From Bdellovibrionota bacterium (GTDB taxonomy: Bacteria > Bdellovibrionota_C > UBA2361 > OMIW01), in contig JBIJBT010000021.1 of assembly GCA_044345055.1 (NCBI GenBank), positions 1 to 37,678 on the forward strand: a stretch of DNA of 37,678 bases, written 5' to 3'. The stretch's first letter is position 1; each line of letters starts with the position of its first letter. The notes beneath the pieces were generated by a model. The model was not told the origin of the DNA. It searched no databases and was given only the letters and a program-made list of their open reading frames with translations. Of the stretch, positions 9,175 through 19,019 are shown piece by piece. Position numbers and translations under genes: made by a program.

Positions 9175-10158
9175 ATGTCGTTCCCTGTCACCCGTATGAG
9201 GCGTCTTCGTCGAACCGCTGCGTTGCGTTCATTGGTTCGTGAAACGATTGTATTACCGAGGCATCTTGTTCGACCACTTTTTGTGGTGCCGGGCGAAACA
9301 ACTCGCCGCGAGATCGGTTCTCTTCCAGGGCAATATCAGCTTGGGGTTCAGCAGATAGTGGCCTCTGCGGTAAAGAGTGCGGAGCTTGGAATTACTTCAT
9401 TTCTTTTCTTTGCGATACCTGAGTACAAAGATGAAGTAGGGAGCGCATCGTGGTCGCGCAATGGATTGGTTCAACAGGCGTTGCGAGCGGTTCGCGCTGA
9501 ACTTCCACATGTGACTTTGATAGCGGACCTCTGTTTTTGTGAATACACATCTCACGGGCATTGTGGAGTGCTAGTTGATGATTGTCTCGACAACGATGCC
9601 ACCCTTAAAAATCTTGGCAAACAGGCAGTATCTCTCGCTGAGGCGGGTGCCGATATTATTGCGCCGAGCGGAATGATCGATGGGATGGTGGGGTCAATCC
9701 GGAGCGACCTTGATAGTGAGGGCTTCTCGGATACGATCATCATGAGCTATGCGGCCAAATACGCCTCGGCCTTCTACGGTCCTTTTCGGGATGCCGTTCA
9801 GTCAGCTCCTCAGTCGGGTGATCGCTCAGGCTATCAGATGGACCCCGCAAACGCCCGAGAAGCGCTGCGCGAGGTCGAGCTCGATCTTGAGGAAGGTGCC
9901 GATATGGTGATGGTAAAGCCAGCACTTGCGTATCTCGATATAATTTCACAGGTTGCTGCCCTCAGCACGGTGCCCGTGGTCGCCTATAACGTCAGTGGTG
10001 AATATGCTATGGTCAAATCCGCCGCGGCTCAGGGGTGGATTGATGGTGAGCGAGTTATGGGTGAGATGTTGACGGCGATGCGCCGCGCTGGGGCCGATGT
10101 TATCATCACCTATTTTGCGGACGAATTTAGTGAAGGGGTTCGCGCTGGGCGCTGGTAG
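9175..10158 (+). CDS. hemB: Porphobilinogen synthase (ALA dehydratase), Zn-binding type
   Basis: [49 protein letters not shown] and AYNVSGEY motifs. Confidence 0.98.
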   Translation: MSFPVTRMRRLRRTAALRSLVRETIVLPRHLVRPLFVVPGETTRREIGSLPGQYQLGVQQIVASAVKSAELGITSFLFFAIPEYKDEVGSASWSRNGLVQQALRAVRAELPHVTLIADLCFCEYTSHGHCGVLVDDCLDNDATLKNLGKQAVSLAEAGADIIAPSGMIDGMVGSIRSDLDSEGFSDTIIMSYAAKYASAFYGPFRDAVQSAPQSGDRSGYQMDPANAREALREVELDLEEGADMVMVKPALAYLDIISQVAALSTVPVVAYNVSGEYAMVKSAAAQGWIDGERVMGEMLTAMRRAGADVIITYFADEFSEGVRAGRW

Positions 10159-10190
10159 AAAAAGAGCTTAGAGACAAACGGAGACAGAAG

Positions 10191-11267
10191 ATGCAAGAAG
10201 CGATTTCAGATAGTACGGTGCTGAATGATAAGGCTCTTCGCGGGGCGTTTTCTGAAGTAGAAGGGAGCGAAGATATTAGACATTCCTGGACGAAGGAAGA
10301 GCTGCAATCTATTCATGATCTCCCCCTTCCTGAGCTGCTTTATCGTGCGCACACACTTCATCGAACCTATCACGATCCGCTACGGGTGCAGCGCTCGACC
10401 CTGCTATCGGTTAAGACGGGAGGTTGCCCCGAAAACTGTGGGTATTGCCCACAGAGTGCTCACTATCAAACTGGAGTAGAGCGTCATCCGGTGTTACCTC
10501 TTCCGGTCGTGCTCGAAAAAGCGGCCGAGGCAAAAGCTGCTGGCTCCACACGATTTTGCATGGGTGCCGCCTGGCGTGAAGTGCGCGATGGGCCCGATTT
10601 TGATAAAATTCTGGATCTGGTCAGAGGGGTGCATGGACTAGGACTTGAGGTGTGTTGCACTCTCGGGATGTTGAACGAATCTCAGGCTCTTCGGCTTAAG
10701 GAAGCGGGATGCCACGCCTATAATCACAACCTTGATACCTCCCCAGAGTATTACGGAGAGGTTATATCAACGCGGACCTACGATGACCGACTTCGTACCC
10801 TGAATCGGGTTCGTCAGGCGGGAATAACGGTCTGCTGTGGCGGAATCGTCGGGATGGGGGAAACGGTATCCGATAGAATTGGATTATTAGTTGAATTGGC
10901 GCGGCAAGAGCCACATCCTGAGAGTGTGCCTTTGAATCTTCTCGTTAAGGTAGAGGGGACACCGTTGGCATCGCGGGAGGATGTTGACCCGATCGATTTC
11001 GTCCGCATGGTCGCGACTGCCCGAATCGCGATGCCTCGGGCGATGGTGAGGCTTTCAGCGGGCCGCACTACAATGTCCGATGAACTGCACGCGCTCTGCT
11101 TCTTTGCGGGTGCAAACTCTCTCTTTGCAGGAGATAAGCTCCTTACTACGGCGAACCCAGGCGAAGATCACGATACAACTCTGATGAAACGGCTAGGAAT
11201 GACATTTTTCGGTGCAACTCAAGAGAGCTGCGTTGAGGAACAGCCAAGAGCCTGTGCTGTCGGTTAG
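10191..11267 (+). CDS. bioB: Biotin synthase
   Basis: Radical [37 protein letters not shown] and VRLSAGR motifs. Confidence 0.98.
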   Translation: MQEAISDSTVLNDKALRGAFSEVEGSEDIRHSWTKEELQSIHDLPLPELLYRAHTLHRTYHDPLRVQRSTLLSVKTGGCPENCGYCPQSAHYQTGVERHPVLPLPVVLEKAAEAKAAGSTRFCMGAAWREVRDGPDFDKILDLVRGVHGLGLEVCCTLGMLNESQALRLKEAGCHAYNHNLDTSPEYYGEVISTRTYDDRLRTLNRVRQAGITVCCGGIVGMGETVSDRIGLLVELARQEPHPESVPLNLLVKVEGTPLASREDVDPIDFVRMVATARIAMPRAMVRLSAGRTTMSDELHALCFFAGANSLFAGDKLLTTANPGEDHDTTLMKRLGMTFFGATQESCVEEQPRACAVG

Positions 11268-11333
11268 GAATAGTGGTGAGAGGGGCAGCGGCACGGGCTG
11301 CCTCATAGACAAGCTGAATTAGAATAAGCGCGT

Positions 11334-11861
11334 ATGACAGACGAGCTTGATGACGATGACGAAACGTCAGGGCCTACCGTCCGCGGGCCGCTCCTGATGA
11401 CAGCATCGGGGGCGCAGCGGATGCGTGATGAGCTGCGAGACCTACGAACACGGCAACGCCCTGAGATTACGTCGATAGTGTCGTGGGCTGCCGGTAATGG
11501 GGACCGTTCAGAAAACGGTGACTATTTATATGGTAAAAAGAGGTTGCGCGAGATTGATCGCAGGATCAGATTTCTAAACAAACGGTTGGAGGCCGCTCAG
11601 GTCGTTGATCCAGCCACAATTAACTCAGATCAGGTACTCTTTGGAGCAACAGTGACGATCCTTGATGGCGAGGATCGCGAGCGGACCTTTGTTATAGTCG
11701 GAATAGATGAGGTAGATCTCGCCAAGGGCCATATCAGCTATGCATCGCCGATAGGGGGAGCTCTCCTCAAGGCGCGGGTCGGAGATGTAGTTCAATATCG
11801 CTCACCAAAAGGGGTGCTGGAGGTTGAGGTGATAGAGCTTCGGTATCAGGCTATCGACTAA
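11334..11861 (+). CDS. greB: Transcription elongation factor GreB
   Basis: VSWAAGNGDRSENGDYLYGKKRLREIDRRIRFL is the GreB signature; VLFGATV and ISYASPIG also present. Confidence 0.96.
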   Translation: MTDELDDDDETSGPTVRGPLLMTASGAQRMRDELRDLRTRQRPEITSIVSWAAGNGDRSENGDYLYGKKRLREIDRRIRFLNKRLEAAQVVDPATINSDQVLFGATVTILDGEDRERTFVIVGIDEVDLAKGHISYASPIGGALLKARVGDVVQYRSPKGVLEVEVIELRYQAID

Positions 11862-11931
11862 TCGCAACGGTGACGCGGCCGATATGATTGCGATGAGGAT
11901 CTCTGGCTGAAATGAGTAGTTATCCGATTTC

Positions 11932-12342
11932 TTAGGGAGCCATAATCGATATCGCTTTTCGAAGCCGCTCCTCGAGAGCATGTCGAGAAAACGGCTTTTT
12001 AAGAGGTATAAGGGGGAGACCTCGATAGGAACCGCACGCTGTGCCTTCGGGAGATCCAACCGACGTAAGGACAATTATAAGTGGCTGACTTTCGGCGAGA
12101 CTCTCCAGTCGTAGCACTAGGTCGTATCCCGACTCCTCGGGCATTACGATATCGATGATTACAACCCGCGCCTGAATGTGATTGATGACGGTACGAAAGC
12201 CCTGCTCGGCGGAGTTTGCTAGGTGGATTGTGCGAAAACCGAGTTGACTTAAATATCGTGCGACGATTTTCTGTGCGCTCTCGATATCATCGACAACAAT
12301 CGCCTCAGCTCCTGATGCAACCAGCTCTGCGACGGTTTTCAT
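11932..12342 (-). CDS. Single-domain response regulator receiver (CheY-like)
   Basis: IVVDD, IIDIVMP (phospho-Asp), VLTS and KKPF; no output domain. Confidence 0.85.
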   Translation of the reverse strand: MKTVAELVASGAEAIVVDDIESAQKIVARYLSQLGFRTIHLANSAEQGFRTVINHIQARVVIIDIVMPEESGYDLVLRLESLAESQPLIIVLTSVGSPEGTACGSYRGLPLIPLKKPFSRHALEERLRKAISIMAP

Positions 12343-12400
12343 GGTACTAAGAGGCGATAATCGTTAATCGGGCCGGGCGTTTTAAAGGTACTCTCCTGAG

Positions 12401-12428
12401 TTATCGGCCATCTCCGATCTTCCCTTAA
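12401..12428 (-). promoter_or_regulatory. Sigma28 (FliA)-like promoter
   Basis: Minus strand TTAAG-N15-GCCGATAA (perfect -10 box), ~60 bp upstream of the receiver gene. Confidence 0.65.
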
Positions 12429-12450
12429 GGGTTAAACATCTTTTCCCAAT

Positions 12451-13491
12451 TTAACTTTCCTCCGCTCTCTCCCGTCTCCGTACGAGCCGCTTCAACGCCC
12501 TAACCAGCGAAAACCACTCTTTTGCGGGCACTGCCGGAGTTCCGAGGTAATCTCCCGGCGCTGTGAGATCGTTCATAACCGACCCGCCCCCTCCGACCCG
12601 AACCCGCGATGCTATCGTCATGTGGTCCGCAACTCCGACACCACCTCCGAGAACAACGCCATCGCCGATGGTGCAGCTCCCCGCAACACCGACCTTGCCG
12701 CAGATTATTGTTTGCTTTCCAATAGTTGTGTTGTGGCCAATCTGGACGAGGTTGTCGATCTTGGTTGAATCCCCGATACGGGTCGTTCCGATGGTCGCGC
12801 GATCTATACAGCTATTGGCTCCGATATCAACCTTGGCACCTGTTACTACGGTCCCTATCTGTGGGACCGGTACGAGCCCCTTATCTGGGACCACGATATA
12901 TCCAAATCCATCAGAGCCAATTACCGCACCGTTTTGAATTACTGAACCGGCGCCGATTACGCAATCTTCCCGAATAACCGCCCCTGCATGAATCACGGTC
13001 TGCCGTCCGATTCGCACTCCGGGATAGAGAGTTACCTGTGGATGAATAACTACTCCCTCTTCGATAACGCACCGTTCCCCAATACTTGTGAAGGACCCGA
13101 TGGTAACCCCATCAGAGATCTCCGCGGTCGGATGAATCGCAACAAGCGATGGGTGCCCTGCAGTAACTGAGTAGGGCTTAAAGAAAAGAGGAATAAGTGA
13201 AACCAGCGCTGCGAGGGGATCAGATACCACAATCACCGGGACTGATGGAGAAAATTCGGAAAAATCGAGCGCCGTTTGGGCCACTAGGAGAGCGCCGACC
13301 CGCGCATCGCCTATTATCGCTCGGAGCCGTGGGACCGACCGCTCCTTTGAAAAAGCTAGGGCATTAGGGTGAGGTTCGTCGAGCGAGCAGATCCCTGAAA
13401 TAGTCGCCGCACCATCACCAAAGAGGGCTCCGTTGGTGCGAGACGCGATATCAGCAACGGAGAGACCATCGGCATAGCTAATGCGAGGCAT
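12451..13491 (-). CDS. lpxD: UDP-3-O-(3-hydroxyacyl)glucosamine N-acyltransferase
   Basis: Hexapeptide repeats; [25 protein letters not shown] and [11 protein letters not shown] motifs. Confidence 0.97.
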   Translation of the reverse strand: MPRISYADGLSVADIASRTNGALFGDGAATISGICSLDEPHPNALAFSKERSVPRLRAIIGDARVGALLVAQTALDFSEFSPSVPVIVVSDPLAALVSLIPLFFKPYSVTAGHPSLVAIHPTAEISDGVTIGSFTSIGERCVIEEGVVIHPQVTLYPGVRIGRQTVIHAGAVIREDCVIGAGSVIQNGAVIGSDGFGYIVVPDKGLVPVPQIGTVVTGAKVDIGANSCIDRATIGTTRIGDSTKIDNLVQIGHNTTIGKQTIICGKVGVAGSCTIGDGVVLGGGVGVADHMTIASRVRVGGGGSVMNDLTAPGDYLGTPAVPAKEWFSLVRALKRLVRRRERAEES

Positions 13492-13583
13492 AAGAATCCT
13501 GTCAAAAAGGCGCGACTCACGCGAAGTGGGTTTTGGAGGAGAAATCTTGGCAGGGAGAATAGCGAGGGGGGCGAGAAAAAAAA

Positions 13584-13650
13584 AGGTCCTCGGGAGCTCC
13601 TGGGAAGCTATTCTCTTGGGGAGGGAGTAGGGAACTCGCCTCGAAGACCT
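13584..13650 (-). terminator. Long imperfect hairpin followed by T-tract downstream of tatC
   Basis: AGGTCCTCG...CGAAGACCT outer stem with nested inner stems; an A-run at 13576-13584 reads as a U-tract on the minus strand. Confidence 0.45.
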
Positions 13651-13699
13651 AAATAGAAGGTTATCATAGGAGGGGATTGCTACTCAAACGGCATTTTGG

Positions 13700-14491
13700 C
13701 TATACGGCTTTGGTGCTCTCTTGTTTTTCTGGTCGCTGAACCATCCAGACAATTCCGATACTTAGGCAATATAGCCCAAGCAGAGGAACCGCAAATGCGC
13801 ACTGAGTTACCATGTCGGGAGTAGGGGTAATGATCGCAGCGATAATAAATATAACAACGGTAGCGTGGCGGAGCTTGTCAATGAGAAACGCAGCAGTTAC
13901 CAGACGAAGTCGACCCGCAAAATATGCGATAACAGGGGTCTGAGCGATGAGGCCACACCCAAGCAGAATCCGAACCATTAGATCGATATGCTCTCGCAGG
14001 GTAATCGCTGGGGTAACCTGTATCGATGCGTATTGCGTCTGAAAAAACTGGATGCTGATCGGGACCAGTGTTTCGTAGGCGCACCAAGCGCCAAGAATAA
14101 AGAGAACAGAGGTCGTTACAACAAACGGGATAACGAGACGCTTTTCATGATCAAGAAGGCCGGGCGCTACAAAGAGCCAGAGCTGATAAAAAAGTATGGG
14201 AGAGGTTAGAAAAAATGAGGCAAAAAGAGCGACCTTTATCTTAATGAGAAATGCCTCAGCAGGGCCCGTTCCGATTAATGAATTAGGGGGAAAATAATCA
14301 TAGTGGGGGAGAGTAAGGAACGAAAAGGTTTCTCCCGAGAAACTATAACTAACGATCGCGCCGATTATGAGTACTATCGTTGAGATAATAATGCGGCGCC
14401 GAAGCTCGCCGAGGTGTTCTAGTAGCGACATATCTCCGGTGGAAGAAGATGGTGCGGGAGTAGGGGGAGCGGAAGTCACAGCGGAACACAT
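13700..14491 (-). CDS. tatC: Sec-independent protein translocase TatC
   Basis: MSLLEHLGELRRR, YQLWLFVAPGL..EK and AAIITPTPD; multiple TM helices. Confidence 0.96.
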   Translation of the reverse strand: MCSAVTSAPPTPAPSSSTGDMSLLEHLGELRRRIIISTIVLIIGAIVSYSFSGETFSFLTLPHYDYFPPNSLIGTGPAEAFLIKIKVALFASFFLTSPILFYQLWLFVAPGLLDHEKRLVIPFVVTTSVLFILGAWCAYETLVPISIQFFQTQYASIQVTPAITLREHIDLMVRILLGCGLIAQTPVIAYFAGRLRLVTAAFLIDKLRHATVVIFIIAAIITPTPDMVTQCAFAVPLLGLYCLSIGIVWMVQRPEKQESTKAV

Positions 14492-14568
14492 TAAGGAAAG
14501 ACGTTTATGAAATACCCTTGAGCAGTATTATGTCCAACGGTGCGGCTAAAAGGTTGCCGCAGGAGTGA

Positions 14569-14916
14569 TTATTGTGGAGGAACTTCGTTCGATTCGGTGC
14601 TTGCTGAACTCTCTTTTTCGGGCTTGTTTGTTTCCACCGATGTTTCCGCGGTCGTGCCGCTTTTCAAACTATCGCTGTTATCCCCTTTCTCTGATGATGC
14701 AACGAGAGAAGTCGCCCGCGTTTCTTGAGCCGATGGCTCAGGGGGAGGTACGTAGATCCCGTTGTAAAACTCTCGTCGTACCGTATCGCTCATTCTGCGA
14801 AGGTCGGCCGAGGTCTTTCCGAGCCACCGAGCTATCTCAGGGATCTTTTCGGGCCCGAACACAACAAGACCTATAACAAAAACAAGAAAAATCTCTCCTG
14901 CTCCGAGTCCAAACAT
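14569..14916 (-). CDS. tatB: Sec-independent protein translocase TatA/TatB family subunit (TatB-like)
   Basis: MFGLGAGEIFLVFVIGLVVFGPEKIPEIARWLGK; RBS GAGGAG before ATG 14916; directly upstream of tatC. Confidence 0.88.
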   Translation of the reverse strand: MFGLGAGEIFLVFVIGLVVFGPEKIPEIARWLGKTSADLRRMSDTVRREFYNGIYVPPPEPSAQETRATSLVASSEKGDNSDSLKSGTTAETSVETNKPEKESSASTESNEVPPQ

Positions 14917-15016
14917 GGGGGAATACTCCTCACACAAAGTGAGTGGAAAGCATAACGCAAGAGCCGCAATATGAGAACGGGGCGCAGTGGAGAGTCTCAG
15001 TGGATCTGCCAAACTC

Positions 15017-16420
15017 CTATCGGCGAACAAGAGAAGAGAGCGCCATCTGCTGCTGCTGAAGTCCACCCATGAGCGACTCTAAACGGCTGAAGCGAGTGCG
15101 CATTTCATCTTCCTGACGGGAGAGGATTTTTTCAGCGGATTCGGCTCTGCGATTATAGCTGTCGATCTGCCGATTGTTCGCCTGTTTTAGAGAATCGAAC
15201 TGGCCGCCGAATCGGGTGAATTGATCTATGGCACCCCCCGGTGCGGCGAGAGTATCTCCAAGCTGTTGAAGAAGCTGTTCAACCGATCCGGAATCATTCG
15301 CTATCGCGGCGTCGAGCTTCTTTGAATCCAGTGAGAGTGTGCCATCACGCGCGGTCGTGATTCCCATATCGGCGAGGGTGGCAATCGCACTACTCCGCCC
15401 GCTACGAGAGCTTCGAACGCCCGAGCGGATCGCAGAAACTAATCCCTCGTCTATCTGCGTTGAAGATAGCGGTGCAAAGGTAGGCGTTGCATCTTTCGAG
15501 TCACCTTCAAACGTTACAGTATTCTGTTCCTTAGTGTACGAGACAATTCGGTTGAATCGATCCACGAAATCGGCAACACCTTTTGCGGTTTTAGAGCTAT
15601 CTGTTTTTACCGAGATTGTCGTCGTGCCAAGCGAGCCAAGATTTAGGGTGACACCCGGAAGAATATCCGAAACTGTATTGCTCGATCGCCTAACCGTACC
15701 ACCGAGCCCGGAGAGCGAGAATGTCGCATCGGCCGCCTGTGAGGTTGTTGAGCTAGTAAACGCCCCAGTATTCGTGAGAGCTGTGCCGGCGGTCAATGAT
15801 ATCGCGCCCCGCTCGACTCCTGATTCTTTCGATGAAAACACAATAGCGTAGCTCGGAGACCTCGCGGTGCCTTGGTTCACTAAGGCCGCGCTTCCTTGGG
15901 TTGCTTTTCCATTCACCGCATCGACGAGCTCTGTTGCAGAGGTGGTACTTGTAATAGCAACGCTAACCGTCTCAGCGGAGTCACCTTCGCCGAAGGTAAT
16001 CGAGATACTTCTGCTCTCTTCGGATGCTCCATCATCTATTCCAGCAGCGACCGCGCCCGTTGGTGAATCAAAACGATCTGTAAATGATCCGACACCCTGT
16101 TTTGCTAACGACTGAACCGTTATCTCAAATGTTCCAACCCCCGCTCCATTTGAAGCAGCTCCTGTTGCGACCCCCTCGCTGCTACTGGAAAGTCGTTTCC
16201 CAACGGCACCACCTCCAACGACCCGAAATCCGTCAACAGCCCGACGTAAATCAGAAGCTAAGGTGCTCAATCCTCCGATTGCATCATTAACATCGCGCAG
16301 CTCCCCGATCCGCTTTGTAATCGGCCCAATCGACAGCTGTCGTTGTTGCTGCAACGTACTCCGGACTAGCGCCTCAGTATCCAACCCCGAAGCGATTCCC
16401 GCAAAGCTAATCGATGGCAC
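15017..16420 (-). CDS. fliD: Flagellar filament capping protein FliD (HAP2)
   Basis: N-terminal ISFAGIASGLDTEALV; SSNTVSDILPGVTLNL, FVDRFN and LADMGITT..DGTLSLD; C-terminal RFSRLESLMGGLQQQ. Confidence 0.93.
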   Translation of the reverse strand: MPSISFAGIASGLDTEALVRSTLQQQRQLSIGPITKRIGELRDVNDAIGGLSTLASDLRRAVDGFRVVGGGAVGKRLSSSSEGVATGAASNGAGVGTFEITVQSLAKQGVGSFTDRFDSPTGAVAAGIDDGASEESRSISITFGEGDSAETVSVAITSTTSATELVDAVNGKATQGSAALVNQGTARSPSYAIVFSSKESGVERGAISLTAGTALTNTGAFTSSTTSQAADATFSLSGLGGTVRRSSNTVSDILPGVTLNLGSLGTTTISVKTDSSKTAKGVADFVDRFNRIVSYTKEQNTVTFEGDSKDATPTFAPLSSTQIDEGLVSAIRSGVRSSRSGRSSAIATLADMGITTARDGTLSLDSKKLDAAIANDSGSVEQLLQQLGDTLAAPGGAIDQFTRFGGQFDSLKQANNRQIDSYNRRAESAEKILSRQEDEMRTRFSRLESLMGGLQQQQMALSSLVRR

Positions 16421-16451
16421 AGATAGTCTCCCCGATTTGAATTACACGTCT

Positions 16452-16479
16452 AAATCGACAGAGTACGGGAGAAACTTGA
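16452..16479 (-). promoter_or_regulatory. Sigma28 (FliA)-like promoter of fliD
   Basis: Minus strand TCAAG-N15-GTCGATTT ~30 bp upstream of the fliD start; fliD is an established sigma28 target in many bacteria. Confidence 0.55.
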
Positions 16480-16717
16480 GGGGGTAGAATATAAAATTAA
16501 ATCGCGTCCCCAACTACAACCCGAGCAGCTTCAGCGCGAGGGCGGGTTATTGATTTGCTTGGGAGAGGATTGTGTGTGGCATCATCTTTTCATTGCTCTT
16601 GCCCTGAGTGTCACGGTACCCTCGAAGAGGTCTTTGAGCGATTTCAAAGAGGTGCATCGAGCAAATCTTCCCTTTTTAAGCTTATTTTCCGTTTGGTTGT
16701 CACGACGTAAGGATATT

Positions 16718-18916
16718 ATGGTTACAGGTATTGAGATGACATCGGAAGAATATTCGGGAAACCCTCCGCTCTCATTTGCTGCGCTTTATCACTCTATCGA
16801 TCAGGGTGATTTTTCTATGGTGAGCGCAGTGAGCAAACTCTCTCTAGAAGAAGGTCGCGGGCTGCTTGAGCAATTTCCTTTCGTTGTTAGCTCTCTTGTT
16901 GGTGGCGGATATTATAAGGAAGCTAATATATTTCTTGCAGATCAATCCATTGGCTTTGGGCTGCCGAGCGAATCTGTTACCGAATCTGGAGAGTCTTCAG
17001 ATCTTTTAGTGCGACTCGATCCAATATCGCTGAGAGCGCAATGCGAGCGAGAGTTTCTTAGCACGATGATGACGGGCGATGTCAGTGGAAGTCTTCAACG
17101 GCTCAAAAAGCTCCGATTAGCCGCAGAAGACCCGCTGTCTAGGGCTTTTGCGCAGGAGTTGTTAGCGCGCGCTCTACTATGTGGTTACGCAACTGGTTTT
17201 TTAGCTAAGGGAATGGCGCACGAGATGCGTATCGCATCCGAAGAGAGTGTTGAGTTGTGGCGGCTAGCGGGCGATCCTGCGCGTGAAGTAAAAGCTCTTA
17301 TTCGTCTCGCCGAACACTATCAGCGGCAAGGAGAGTTGTTCGTTGCTGAGCTTGTATTCGGAGAAGCATTTCGACGTCTAGACGCTGCGATTGATACATT
17401 ACCGCATTCTCGGGCTCTACATATTGAGCTGTCGTATCGTCTCTGTGAAGCTCAGGTTCTACGTCGAGGTAGTGACCGAAATGCCGCCGCTATTGGGCGA
17501 TTCTTCGATGATGTTGGTGCGCTCCTTGCTGATGCTCTGCTCGGAGATTTGTCGCTAGCTGCCACATTTATACTCGAGTCTCTTAGTCGCGTGGCGAGTT
17601 CGTTGGGGCGAGATGCGACCCCGTTTTTCCTTGAGCTTGCGAAGTTGGCGGAGAGAACTCATAACCGAACATCGAGTTTTCAGGCGCACCAAGGGCTTGG
17701 AACGCTCTATTTTTCAAGGGGCGAATTGCGTCGTGCGCAGGGTGAATTTGAGCAAGCGCGATCAATTGGAAGCATATTGGGGATGCCGATTATGCACTCC
17801 ACGGCGATTCTCGGATTACTTCAGGTAGCGGTGCATCAGGGCCGCTTCGATGACGCTGTATCGCTCGCAACAGATGTCGAGCACCTCAGCCATGAGTTCC
17901 CTATTACCCGCACAGCGCTTGGATTAAGCGTTGCAAGCATCCTTGCTCAGATAGGTCTTTTTGATAAAGCGCGAGAGTCTTGCGCAAATCTTCTTGAAGC
18001 TGTTCGCGCACAGGAAGATATGCGACTTATGGGGCAGATCCTTTTCTTTCGTGGGCATCTGAACTCGGTAGAGCGAAATTGGTCAGCTGCGATGCGTGAT
18101 TGGCGAGCGGCGAAAAAGGCGCAGGAGAGGGTGCACGATGTTGCAGCGCAAGTGACGACTTTGCGCGCTCTATCGCAGGGTGCCTTGATGGAACAGACCG
18201 ATTCTCGATCGAGGAATAGTGCGAACGCAAAAACTACAGAGGCTGGCGAGCAGGGTGAAGGGCGCTCTGTAACTGCAGAGCAGCGGGCGCTCAATTTCCT
18301 CTCGGAAGCTGAAGCTTTGCTCATTAGTCGAGCCGCCTCTACTCAACCGGTAGAGCATAATCTCCAGCTCGGAGGGGTCTGTCTTGCAAAGGCGCAGATT
18401 CTTGTTCGCGCCGGCGATCAAACTTCCGCTCTTAAAATGCTCGGCCAGGCCCGCAAAGCGTATGTCGAGGCGGAGAGTGGCTGTGATGTTGCGATCTCCG
18501 ATAGCCTCAATGGATTGGTGTTGCTCGAGCTCGCGGCAAAGGGGCATCCGATGCTTTTCCCAGAGGCCGTAAGTTCATTTGAGAGAGCAGCTAGTTTTTT
18601 TGAGCGGCATCAGATCGCGCAGCTTTTGTGGAAGGTTCGATTTTATCAATCAAGAAGCTACTTTCAGTGGGGCGGAGCAGAATCTTTGCATAAAGCAAAA
18701 ATAGCTCGATGGAAGCAGGCTGATTTTACCCTTCATCAGGCGGCTGATCTGCTTGATCGACTTAAAGGATTTGAACAACCGCAGATAGCGACCGCGCTTG
18801 ATTCTGCGGGAACATCAATAGATCCAAAGGCAGTGTACGAGTTTGGGATTGAACTAAATGCCCAATATCTGCGCGATGAAGAGGGGGTCGAGAGATGGAA
18901 AAGTCGAGCGCGGTAA
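16718..18916 (+). CDS. Large alpha-helical TPR-like hypothetical protein
   Basis: Long ORF rich in A/L helices with TPR-like segments (AHQGLGTLYFSRGELRRAQGEFEQA; LGGVCLAKAQILVRAGD). Start placed at ATG 16718 after AAGGA; the ORF is open from 16550. Confidence 0.8.
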   Translation: MVTGIEMTSEEYSGNPPLSFAALYHSIDQGDFSMVSAVSKLSLEEGRGLLEQFPFVVSSLVGGGYYKEANIFLADQSIGFGLPSESVTESGESSDLLVRLDPISLRAQCEREFLSTMMTGDVSGSLQRLKKLRLAAEDPLSRAFAQELLARALLCGYATGFLAKGMAHEMRIASEESVELWRLAGDPAREVKALIRLAEHYQRQGELFVAELVFGEAFRRLDAAIDTLPHSRALHIELSYRLCEAQVLRRGSDRNAAAIGRFFDDVGALLADALLGDLSLAATFILESLSRVASSLGRDATPFFLELAKLAERTHNRTSSFQAHQGLGTLYFSRGELRRAQGEFEQARSIGSILGMPIMHSTAILGLLQVAVHQGRFDDAVSLATDVEHLSHEFPITRTALGLSVASILAQIGLFDKARESCANLLEAVRAQEDMRLMGQILFFRGHLNSVERNWSAAMRDWRAAKKAQERVHDVAAQVTTLRALSQGALMEQTDSRSRNSANAKTTEAGEQGEGRSVTAEQRALNFLSEAEALLISRAASTQPVEHNLQLGGVCLAKAQILVRAGDQTSALKMLGQARKAYVEAESGCDVAISDSLNGLVLLELAAKGHPMLFPEAVSSFERAASFFERHQIAQLLWKVRFYQSRSYFQWGGAESLHKAKIARWKQADFTLHQAADLLDRLKGFEQPQIATALDSAGTSIDPKAVYEFGIELNAQYLRDEEGVERWKSRAR

Positions 18917-19019
18917 TCTCGGCACCCGACCTTTTTCATCTGACTAGATTGAACTTTAGGTGATTTTCGCAGCGAAATTTTTACGATGCAATTTTGACTC
19001 TCGTATTCCTCGAAAATCA

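Noticed and set aside
12563..12937. Antisense ORFs over lpxD, fliD, hrpB, polA and other genes
   Set aside because: Shadow ORFs opposite well-supported genes, with no independent evidence.
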